From assembly GCF_018350175.1 (NCBI RefSeq), contig NC_058368.1, positions 57,538,001 to 57,602,000 of the forward strand: a stretch of 64,000 nucleotides of DNA, given 5' to 3'. Made by a program: the position numbers and the translations under genes. This stretch comes from Felis catus (taxonomy: Eukaryota). The notes below the pieces were generated by a model. It was not told where the DNA came from. It did no database searches and worked only from the letters and a program-made list of their open reading frames with translations. Of this stretch, positions 40,612-51,150 are shown one piece after another; position 1 is the stretch's first letter; each line of letters begins with the position of its first letter.

Positions 40612-41899
40612 AAAAAAGAAGAAGAAATATATACAGATACACACACACACACACACACACACATATATGTGAGATATTTATACATTGCAAAATTATTCAG
40701 CCATAAAACAGAATGAAATCTTGCCGTATGCAACAACATGGATGGATCTAGAGAGTATAATGCTAAACAAAATAAGAGAAAGACAATTACCATGACTTCA
40801 CTCATATGTGGAATTTAAGAAACAAAAAAAAAAAAATGAACATGGGGAAAAAGGGACAAAGCAAAAAACAGACTTTTTTTTTCCCACCAAACAGACTTTT
40901 AACCATAGTGAACAAATACAGGGTTACCAGAGGGGAAGATGGTGGAGGATGGGCAAATTAGGTGAAGAGGTTTAAGAATAGACATATCTTGATGAGCACT
41001 GAGTAATATATGGGATTGTTGAATTGCTAGATTGTACACCTGAAACATACACAATACTTTGAATTAAAAAATTAACAAGTGTTGGCAAGGTGTGGAGAAA
41101 AGAAAATACTTGCACACTGTTAGTAGGAATATAAATTGGTACAGAACTATGGAAAACATTATGGAGCTTCCTAAAAAATTAAAATGAGAACTACCATATA
41201 ATCTAGCTATTCTATTAGGTATTTATCTGAATAACACAAAAAACTGATTCAAAAAGATATGCATTTTTATGTTCAGTGCAGCATTATGTCTGATAGCTTT
41301 TAAATGGAAACAACCTAAATGTCCATACGGATGAATGGATAAAGAAGATGTGAGATATATATGCACATACACCCACACACACATACACACATAACCTCAT
41401 ACACAAAGGAATACCACTCAGCCATTAAAAAGAATAAAATCTTGCCATTTGTGACAGAATGAATGGATCTTGAAGTATTATGCTAAGTGAAATATATCAG
41501 ACAAAGATACTAAATGATTTCACTCTTATGTGAAATCTGAAAACAACAAAAGAAACAAAACAAAAACAAAATCATAGATACAGAAAACAGATTGGTGGTT
41601 TCCAGGGGGGAATGGGTGAGATACATGAAGGAGGTCAATTGTATGCTAATGGATGTTAGAGGGACCTTTAGTACTGATCATTTTGTAGTGCATACAGATT
41701 TCAAAAAACAATGTTATATACTTGAAACTTATGCAATGTTAAAAAAAGTTATAAAAAACAGAGGAGTAACAATAAGATTCAATTAGTAAAAACATCCTTA
41801 CTCCCACTATATACCACATCTTAAAGTTATGTTATTATACAAACTTATAGTCACACAAACTTCCCATTCAGCCATGAAGAATTACTTGTGTATGATTTG

Positions 41900-42220
41900 T
41901 AGCTTCTTTCCTTACAGAATTGCTCACATTGTATTCCCTTAACTTTTTCACCTGCCCATCTGTCTCCAGATCATCCATCTTTCTCTCCAACCTCCTTTCT
42001 CTCTCATTTAAATAACACCTCAAATGTCACTATCCTCCTAATAATTGTTAATTCCTTTACTTTTCCTTTAGATATGCTGACATAAAATTACATATCTATA
42101 TCATTTATAACCTTGTTGATTTTTTAGAAGCAGGAACCATATGTCATATGTGTTTTAAACATGGTAACTACTGGAACAATGTCTTGTCCATAGCTATGTT
42201 TAAGAAATGTTTATTGATAA
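41900..42220 (+). mobile_element. L2 3' fragment
   Basis: TTAGAAGCAGGAACCATATGTC...AAGAAATGTTTATTGATAA. Confidence 0.55.
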
Positions 42221-43068
42221 GCATTTGTATTTGTCATGTATGACAGAATATTTTCCCCCATCTCCTCCCTTCTTCCTCTTGAGATTTGGCAAATAATTCT
42301 AATATAAAAAAATACATTTTTTGGCATAATATTCCACGGATGATGCCCTGAAGGATGGAAATTTGATAGCATAAGTGTTTTATTATCTTGTATGTACCAT
42401 ACCCTAAACATTTTAACTTATTCTCACTCCTTATGGGCCACCAGGCTATTCAAAACTTCTTGAGTACTCTGACACTATGGTTTATCTTTGTAAAAACCTT
42501 CTTCTACCTCATTTATTTTACAAAACATGTTTATGAAGACTTCTATTCCTTGGCACCAGAAAACTTTTCCAACAGGAGAGAAAATGGCATCAAAAGTCAA
42601 ATGGAACGAATCCATTATATTAAATTATGAGGCAAAATGGCTTCACCAAAAGAATGTTAGATTATGCCCATTTACACAATATTTTAAGCTACCTTTCCTT
42701 TTATTTGTAGTCTTTGATCTTTGCCTTATGTTTAATTTTACTTCAACCAAACAATGCAAACAATTATACTTTACTCCAGGGTTATGTAATTATGGAAAAG
42801 AATGAATGTTTCAAATATACCAGCTTCATATTTAATCAAATTCTTTTTTTGCCAAAACTAAAAGCTCCTGTCTCACAACCTGCTCCTTATCTTTGATTTG
42901 CAAATAAAGCATCTATATTTTTGGTTCATTATTTCTGTTAGAAAAGACAGTGCCATAGGCAAAACATTCTTCTTTGTACTTTATCTAGCTAATAGTTATT
43001 AACTCTACAATAGCAGCCTGAATAAAATAAAACCTTGCATTAATAATTACTTTAAAAGGCTACCAAGT

Positions 43069-43282
43069 GGGACACCTGGGTGGCTGTGTCAGTTAAGCAT
43101 CCAACTTCAGCTCAGGTCATGATCTTGTGGTTCATGGGCTCGGGGCCCACAATAGGCTCTGGCTGACAGCCCAGAGCCTGGATCCCACTTCAGATTCTGT
43201 GTCTCCCTCTCTGTTCCTCCCCCAATTGCGCTCTGTCTCGCTCTCTCTCAAAAATAAATAAATAATAAAAAATTTAAATAAA
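43069..43282 (+). mobile_element. Can-SINE
   Basis: TSD TAAAAGGCTACCAAG at 43053-43067 and 43283-43297. Confidence 0.95.
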
Positions 43283-43369
43283 TAAAAGGCTACCAAGCTT
43301 GCATAAAATATATTAACTACAGAGAAAAAATGTTTTTGTATAAACCAATTTAAAAATAAATCCAGTCTC

Positions 43370-43593
43370 GGGGCGCCTGGGTGGCGCAGTCGGTTAAGCG
43401 TCCGACTTCAGCCAGGTCACGATCTCGCGGTCCGGGAGTTCGAGCCCCGCTTCAGGCTCTGGGCTGATGGCTCGGAGCCTGGAGCCTGTTTCCGATTCTG
43501 TGTCTCCCTCTCTCTCTGCCCCTCCCCCGTTCATGCTCTGTCTCTCTCTGTCCCAAAAATAAATAAAAACGAAAAAAAAAATTAAAAAAAATT
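43370..43593 (+). mobile_element. young SINEC_Fc
   Basis: TSD AAAATAAATCCAGTC at 43353-43367 and 43594-43608. Confidence 0.97.
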
Positions 43594-43756
43594 AAAATAA
43601 ATCCAGTCACACTGTCCCAAATTAAGTCTTCAATATATACAAATTTCCACTTCTTAAAAAGCAATGGCAATGCTACATATCATAAATAAAACATTTTTGT
43701 TAACTTAATATAATTTGATAGTGTTCTATAATTATTCTGAAAAATTTCAAAATTGT

Positions 43757-43797
43757 ATGCATGGATGCATGGATGGATGGATGGATGGATGGATGGA
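43757..43797. repeat. (GGAT)n microsatellite
   Basis: direct reading. Confidence 0.95.
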
Positions 43798-43885
43798 GAG
43801 ATAAATGGATAGGAGAAGCAGTATAGTCCCAGCATTTAATAACTTTGCATTCCTGTTAAAATTTTAAAATAATTAAAAAATTTTT

Positions 43886-45560
43886 CTACCCAAAGCAATC
43901 TACACATTAAATGCAATCCCAATAAAAATTGTGGCAGCATTCTTCTCAAAGCAAGAACAAACAATCCTAAAATTTGTATGGAATCACAAAAGACCCTGAA
44001 CAACCAAAGTAGTATTGAAAAAACAAAACAAAACAAAACAAAAACAAAGCAGGAGGCATCACACTCCCAGACTTTAGCCTCTACTACAAAGCTATAATCA
44101 AGACAGTTGGTATTGGCACAAAAACAGACACATAGACCAGGGGAAATAATAGAGAACCAAGAATTGGACCCACAAATGTATGGGCAACTAATCTTTTACA
44201 AAGCAGTAAAGAGTATCCAATGGAAAAAAGATAGTCTCTTTAGCAAATGGTGCTGGGAGACCTGGAGAATAATACCATTAAGAAGAATGAAACTAGACTA
44301 CTTTCTTACACCATACACAAAAATAATCTCAAAATGGATGAAAGACCTAAATGTGAGACAGGAACCCATCAAAACCTTAGAAGAGAAAGCAGGCAACAAC
44401 TTCAACCTCAGTGACAGCACATTTCTTGCTTGACACATCTCCAAAGGCAAGGGAATTAAAAGCATAAATGTACTACTGGGACCTCATCAAGATAAAAAGC
44501 TTCTGCACTGCAAAGGAAACAATCATCAAAACTGAAAGGCAACTGATGGAATGGGAAAAGATATTTTCAAATGACATATCAGATAAAGGGTTAGTATTCA
44601 AAATCTATAAAGAACTTACCAAACTCAACACCTGAAAAACAAATAATCCAGTGAAAAAATAGGCAGAAGACATGAATAGACACTTTTCCAAAAAAGACAT
44701 CCAGATGGTCAACAGACACATTAACGATGCTCTACATCACTCATTATCAGGGAAACACATATCAAAACCACACTGAGATACCACCTCACACCAATCAGAG
44801 TGGCTAAAAGTAACAACTCAGGAAACAACAGATACTGGCGAGGATGTGGAGAAAAGGGAACCCTCTTGCACTGTTGGTGGGAATCCAAACTGGTGCAGCC
44901 ACTCTGGAAACAATGTGGAGGTTCCTCAAAAAGGTAAAAATAGAACTACCCTATGACCCAGAAATAGCACTACTAGGAATTTATCCAAAGGATATAGGAG
45001 TGTTGAATCATAGGGACACATGTACCCCAATGTTTATAGCAGTGCCTTCAACAATAGCCAAATTATGAAAAGAACCTAAATGTCCATCAACTGATGAATG
45101 GATAAAGAAGATATGGTTTATATATATGGTGGAATACTACTTGGAAATTAGAAAGAATGAAATCATGCCATTTGCAGCAATGTGGATGGAACTGGAAAGT
45201 ATTATGCTGAGTGAAATAAGTCAGAGAAAGATAGAAAACCTATGTTTTCACTCATATGTGGAACATGATAAACTTAACAGAAGACCATGGGGGAAAGGTA
45301 GGGGGAAAAAGTTACAAACAGAGAGGGAGGGAGGCAAATCATAAACGACTCTTAAATACAGAGAATAAACTGAGGGTTGTTTGTGGGGTGGGGGAAAGGG
45401 GAAAATGGGTGATGGGCATTGAAGATGGCACTTGCTAGGATGAGCACTGGGTGTTGTATGTAAGTGACGAACCATGGGAATCTACCCCCAAAACCAAGAG
45501 GACAATTTACACACTGTATGTTAGCCAATTTGAAAGTAAATTTAAAAAAATAATTAAAAT
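43886..45560 (+). mobile_element. carnivore/felid L1, 5'-truncated (about 1.7 kb)
   Basis: ORF2 3' third plus 3'UTR and A-rich tail; TSD TTAAAAAATTTT at 43873-43884 and 45561-45572. Confidence 0.96.
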
Positions 45561-46445
45561 TTAAAAAATTTTGCTTTAATAGCAAGAATTATTTTAAGAG
45601 AATCAGATTTCAACAGTAGTAACTGAGTATTTTATGGAAAATGAGACTTGAGTGGTTCTTTAAGTCTAGGCAGGGGAGCAGGGAAACCAGCAAGACTAAT
45701 GAATGAGAAAAATTAAGCATTCTAGCTCACTGTGGCCTGAAGTAAAGTGTGAGTTAACTGGTTCTAAGAAATGAGATTGGAAAAGAGTAGTGGGACCGGA
45801 TTTTGAAGGATGGGAAATCCAGATAGAGTTGTGCTTTTAAGTAGTCAAAAATCTATATTCATTTGCATTTGGATGCTTTCCTTTGGATTAAGAATTTTGA
45901 CTTAAAAACACATGATGATTTAAAATTTAATACTTAGATTTTTTTCACAGAAGGATCTATGTGCAAAAAAATGAAGAGGGATGCTTGGAATACCCAGTGA
46001 CGGATTTAATTTTTATTTGTGTCCCAAACATACATAAGCTTGGAAGATTAAATGGGAGATTTTTGGTGCTTACCAACTCTTTTTTATTTCTTTAGTTCCT
46101 AACATCCATAATATAATGCTGTTTCAATTCCTCAGAGAAACAATATGAAAAATTTTTCACAATTGTTTATTCAACAGAGCTGTGTTAGTGGCTCTGCATA
46201 TTTCTGATGCCATTCCTTATTAAACTTAAATACTACTTGCAACAATATAAGTAGAATATTAATTAGACAAATCAGGAAAGAATATCTTGCAAATGCATAT
46301 CAAAGTTTAAAAAATTATACTCTCTAAACAAATTATTTTTAATGTATCTACTGGGAAAATGATCTCATCCATATGATACAAAGATATCCACTGAATTATT
46401 ATTTCAAACAAAAAAAATAATTAAAAATATTTAAAAGTTTGATAA

Positions 46446-46778
46446 CAGTTGACCCTTGAATAACACAGGTATTAGTGGTACTGACCCCCAAGCAGTTGAA
46501 AATATGTGTATAATTTTTAACTCTCCTGAAACTTTACTACTAATAGCCTATTCTTGACTGGAAACTTTACTGATCACATAAACAATCAGCTTTGTAGAGG
46601 TATTATATATTTTGTAGAGGTGTTATATACTGTATTCTTGCAACCAAGCAAACTAGAAAAAAAGGGAATGTTATTCAGAAAATCATAAGAAAAATACATG
46701 TACTGTACTATAAAATGTCTACATAGAGTATACTCAAGAAGTTCAAACCCATGGTGTTTGTTGTTTGAGTATCCACTA
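46446..46778 (-). mobile_element. Tigger2a-type element
   Basis: CAGTTGACCCTTGAATAACAC start; collinear with 7067-7384. Confidence 0.85.
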
Positions 46779-46799
46779 TAATTGAATATTAAAAATACA

Positions 46800-47020
46800 G
46801 GGGTGCCTGGGTGGCTCAGTCGGTTAAAGCGTCCAACTTCGGCTCAGGTCATGATCTCGCACTTTGTGGGTTCAAGCCCTGCGTTGGGCTCTGTGCTGAC
46901 AGCTCAGACCCTGGAGCCTGCTTCAGATTCTGTGTCTCTCTATCTCTCGGCCCCTCCCCTGCTCATGCTCTGTGTCTCTCTGTCTCTCAATAATAAATAA
47001 ACACTAAAAAAACTTTTGTA
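46800..47020 (+). mobile_element. Can-SINE
   Basis: GGGGTGCCTGGGTGGCTCAGTCGG head, CT tract, tail. Confidence 0.95.
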
Positions 47021-47034
47021 AAATACTATGTCCT

Positions 47035-47870
47035 ATCGATCTAGGCATCTGTTTTTGTGCTTGTACCATACTGTTTTGATTACTACAGCTTTATGGTGTA
47101 TCTTAAAATATGGAATTGTGATACTTCCTGCTTTGTTCTTTTTCACGATTACTTTGGCTATTTGGGATCTTTTGTGGTTTCACCAAATTTTAGTATTATT
47201 TTTGTTCTCGTTCTGTGTAAACTGTTGTTGGTATTTTGATAGAGATTGTGTAAAGTCTGTAGATGGATTTTAACAATATTGGTTCTTCCAATTGTAAATG
47301 GGATTGATTTCTTATTTTTCTTTCTGGTACTTCATTATTAGTATATGCAAATGGAATAGATTTCTGTAAATAATTTTGTATGCTGAAATGCTACTAAATT
47401 TCTTTATATTAATATTGTGTGTTGCAATGTTACTAGATTCATGTATCAGTTCTGGTAGTGTTTGATTGAGTCATTAGGGTTTTTTTTTTTTTTTTTTAAT
47501 ATATATAGTATCATGTTATCTGCAAATAGTGAGGGTTTTACTTCTTACTTACCAATTTGGGTGAATTTATTTCTTTTTCTTGGGGCTAGGACTTCCAGTA
47601 CTATGTTGAATAAAAGTGGCGAGAGAAGACATCCTTGTCTTGTTCTGCTGTAACAGGAAAAGCTTTCAGTTTTCAACAATTGAGTATGATGATAACTATG
47701 ACTTTTACATATATGGCCTTTGTTATATTATGTCCTCTCTAATCCTTTGTTGAGAGTTTTTTCATGAATGGATGTTGTACTTTGTCAAATACTTTTCCTG
47801 CATCTACTAACATGATCACGTGGTGTTTATCTTTTCCCTTGTTAATGTGATATATCATGCTGATTAATCT
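47035..47870 (-). mobile_element. L1 ORF2 fragment
   Basis: antisense ORF2 (TACCATACTGTTTTGATTACTACAGC..., TCATGTTATCTGCAAATAG). Confidence 0.9.
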
Positions 47871-48365
47871 AAGTCAGAAAAAGACAACCGCCATATGATT
47901 TAACTCGTATGTGGACTTTGAGAAAGAAAACAAGTGAACAAAGAAAACAGAGAAACAAACAAAAGGTAGACTCTTAAATATAGAGATATATAGGGTTGCC
48001 AGAGGTGAGGTGAATGGGAGAAATAAAGAGGATGAAAAGTAAACTTATCTTTAAAAAATAATAATAGTGTTTATTTATTTCTGAGGCAGAGCATGAGTGG
48101 GGGAGTGGCAGAGAGAGGGGGACACAGAATCCAAAGCGGGCTCCAGGCTCTGAACTGTCAGCACAGAGCCCGATGCGGGGCTCGAACTCACAGACCATGA
48201 GATCATGACCTGAGCCGAAGCCGGATGCTCAACCAACTGAGCCACCCAGGCACCCGAAGAGAAACTTACCTTGATGGGCACTGAGAAATGTATAGAATTG
48301 TTAAAGCATTATATTGTACAACTGAAACTAATATAGCATTGTGTTAATTACACTTCAATAAAAAA
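47871..48365 (+). mobile_element. carnivore L1 3' end
   Basis: AAGTCAGAAAAAGACAACCGCCATATG...CTGAAACTAATATAGCATTG..CAATAAAAAA. Confidence 0.88.
48052..48255 (-). mobile_element. Can-SINE inside L1 3'UTR
   Basis: TSD AAACTTA(T/C)CTT. Confidence 0.95.
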
Positions 48366-48374
48366 TTTACTTTT

Positions 48375-48860
48375 GAAGACTGAATAATCCTCCATTTTAT
48401 GTATATACACATTTTCTTTATCTATTCATCTGTGGATAGACATTTAGGGTGTTTCCATATGTTGACTATTATGAGTAATATTGCAATAAACACGAAAGTG
48501 TAGACAACTCCTGAAGAACATGATTTCAATTCTTGTGAATATGTTCTTAGGAGAGGGAACAGTAGTTTATATGACAGTTCTATTTTTAATATTTTTGATA
48601 ACATCTATATGGTTACATGTAGAGTCTGTACCATTTTACATGCCCCATCAACACTGTACAAGGATCTCAATTTCTCCACATCCTGATCATCATTTGTTAT
48701 CTTTAATTTTTGTATAGTAGTCATTCTAACAGATGCATTGTGATATTTCATTGTGTTTTGATTTTCATTTTTCTGATGATTACTGATGTTGACACTTTTT
48801 CATATACCTTCTAACCTTTGTAGGTCTTTGGAGAAATGTCTATTTAAGTCCATACTCATC
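48375..48860 (-). mobile_element. older L1M ORF2 3' fragment
   Basis: antisense TTCATCTGTGGATAGACATTTAGG...TTTGGAGAAATGTCTATTTAAGTCC. Confidence 0.85.
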
Positions 48861-48947
48861 AAATTATATATGTTAACATGTACTTTTTTTGTATATCAAT
48901 TATTGCTCAATAAAATTGGAAACACATTTTAAAAATACTTTGAAAGA

Positions 48948-49051
48948 ATACATATACACAAATATATGTATATACCTACACAAATATATACATATATAGC
49001 ATACATACACATGCATATATATACATACATATATATGTATGTGTATATACA
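48948..49051. repeat. (TA/CA)n low-complexity tract
   Basis: direct reading. Confidence 0.9.
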
Positions 49052-49185
49052 TGGACCTAAATATTTATTTAGCCCTAAAGAGCAGAGGTGCAAAGGTTTT
49101 GGCAGTTTTTATTTTCTCCTTCACTCTTTTCTGAGTTTCCTAATATTCAACAAGGAAAAAAGTAATACATATTAAAAGGCTTTTC

Positions 49186-49475
49186 TATGTATTCAAAACA
49201 TTCAATTTTGTAAGTATTCAATTTTGTATGTATTCAAAACATTCAATTTTGTTACTATATATTAAATTGTAATAGACATGTCTTGGCTTAAATCATTATT
49301 TATATTTATAATTATTTAAAAGATCATCAATAACTAAAGAATATATGATTCAAATTATAATTACTTTTAAGATTTTTAATTTTGCAAATCAGTTTAGAAG
49401 GGAATCTATTTAATTTTTCACTTTTTACACTTTGGCTAAGATAATTCTCTTTTTTACACTTTGGCTAAGATAATT
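49186..49475. repeat. two short local tandem duplications (26 bp at 49186 and 49227; 25 bp at 49422 and 49451)
   Basis: TATGTATTCAAAACATTCAATTTTGT x2; TTTTTACACTTTGGCTAAGATAATT x2. Confidence 0.9.
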
Positions 49476-49673
49476 ATTGAAAATGGTATATTATTAGTAA
49501 TATAAATATGTATCTTTAGAGTATTAGATTTAATATTAAGTTGTATATTAATAATTTGAACCATTTCTCTAAAGTTTTATACTAATCTATTCTTTTCATT
49601 TATATTTGTAAATTATATTAACTTTTCACATATTTTTATCACCAGAAAAACTTTTTTAAAATGTTCAAGTTAT

Positions 49674-49890
49674 GGGTGCCTGGGTGGCTCAGTCAGTTAA
49701 GTGTTGTACTTTGGCTCAGGTCATGATCTCATGGATCATGAGTTTGAGTCCTGTGTCTGGCTCTGTGCTGACAGCTCAGAGCCTGGAGCCTGTTTCAGAT
49801 TCTGTCTCCCTCTATCTCTGCCCTTCCCCTGCTCATGCTCTGTCTCTTTCTCTCTCAAAAAATAAACAAACATTAAAAAAATTTTTAAAA
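49674..49890 (+). mobile_element. Can-SINE
   Basis: GGGTGCCTGGGTGGCTCAG head and tail. Confidence 0.95.
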
Positions 49891-50119
49891 ATCTAGTTAC
49901 GTTTTTTGTGGGACTTTAAATGACATTCTCTTACTTTCTCCCTTAAATAACCCTTTACTAGCATATTCATAAGTGTTATCATTTACTTATGATCTAATTA
50001 GGTTCATTCAGACTTTCATGGTACAAACAAACAAAAAAGTAGGATAAGCAAGAATATAAGAAATGACAGCAGCCCAAGTAAGAGGTATTATAGATAACTA
50101 ATATGTCTTTCAGTTATTT

Positions 50120-50298
50120 TATTTTATTTATATTTGTAATGTTTATTTATTTGAGAGGGAGTAAGCATGAGCAGGGGATGAGCAGAGAGAGAGGGAGAGA
50201 GAATCCCAATGTGGGGCATGAACTCATGAACTGTGAGATCATGACCTGCACTGAAATCAAGAGTTGGATGCTTAACTGACCGAGCCACCCAGGTGCCC
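50120..50298 (-). mobile_element. Can-SINE
   Basis: ends GAGCCACCCAGGTGCCC; TSD-like AGTTATTTTA. Confidence 0.92.
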
Positions 50299-50410
50299 TG
50301 TTTTTTAGTTATTTTAAATCTTACCATTAGGGAAGTAGCCTATGCAACTTTTAAAAAAAGTTTTGCAGATATTAAAGCAGAAATTACTAATTAAAAATTC
50401 TCTTTTCTAT

Positions 50411-50618
50411 GGGGCTCCTGGTGGTTCAGTTAGTTGAGCATCCAACTTTTGATTTCAGCTCAAGTCATGATCTCATGGTAGTGGGACTGAGCCCACCTCA
50501 GGCTTCATACTGATGGTGCAGAAAAGCCTGATTGTGATTCTCTCCCTCTCTCTCTGCCCCTTCTCCATTGGCACATGTACTCTCTCCCTCTCTCTCTCAA
50601 AATAAGTAAACTTAAAAA
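50411..50618 (+). mobile_element. older Can-SINE
   Basis: TSD AAAAATTCTCTTT.CTAT. Confidence 0.92.
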
Positions 50619-50929
50619 AAATTCTCTTTCCTATGTGAAATCTCTCAGCCCACTAGTGATAATATAACCATAATATTTTTTTAATTTAACTATAAACTTC
50701 ATTAATAATTCATGTAAATTCTAGTTTAAGTGAAATCCTTAGTTCATGGCAATTTTAAATCTAAATGAAACTTTTTAAATGGTATAAGATTAAGAAGGTG
50801 AACTTAGACGTTAGATTACTTTTACTCATACACTCCATTTCTTTATTGTGTTCTTATAACTTCTTATGACTCATCATTTCTTCCAAAACATATTGACCTG
50901 AACTCCAAAAAATAGTAATGTTGTTAATA

Positions 50930-51150
50930 AATGTTATTTACTGAGGACTTATTACATTGGAGAGAATGTTTTTAAGTATTCTGCCTGTATTAATTAATTT
51001 AATCTACATAGCAAGTTTTATGTGGCACATATAATTATAATTCTCATTTTTCAGAGGCAGAAACCAAGGCACAGGTGTTAAACAACTGTTTCTTAGTAGC
51101 AAAACTAAAAAGTAAGAAAGCCAAACTCAACTGAGGTTCAAGATCTTTTT
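50930..51150 (-). mobile_element. MIR
   Basis: CTCATTTTTCAGAGGCAGAAACCAAGGCACAG. Confidence 0.75.

Larger units (their letters stand above)
34431..41070 (+). mobile_element. full-length degenerate carnivore L1 nested in an older L1 (5'UTR, ORF1 about 35381-36430, ORF2 about 36830-40810, 3'UTR)
   Basis: ACTTCTGGGGAAGATGGC start; ORF1 ATGAGGAGACAGAGAAAT; endonuclease relic TLNINKLN..ICCLSETYF; RT LFANDMI; many stops and frameshifts. Confidence 0.95.
29870..41750 (+). mobile_element. old L1 host element (5'UTR 29870-31990, ORF2 31990-34430 and 41071-41530, 3'UTR to about 41750), internally deleted and carrying nested inserts
   Basis: L1M-type 5' end CAAGATG...GGATCCTGAACTCAC; ORF2 resumes at AACAAGTGTTGGC after the nested L1; degenerate TSD TTA(C/T)AAAAAC..G.GGAG. 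Confidence 0.8.

Noticed and set aside
42527..42805. 92-aa ORF or exon candidate GEKMASKVKWNES
   Set aside because: No recognisable homology and a weak donor; this length is expected by chance.
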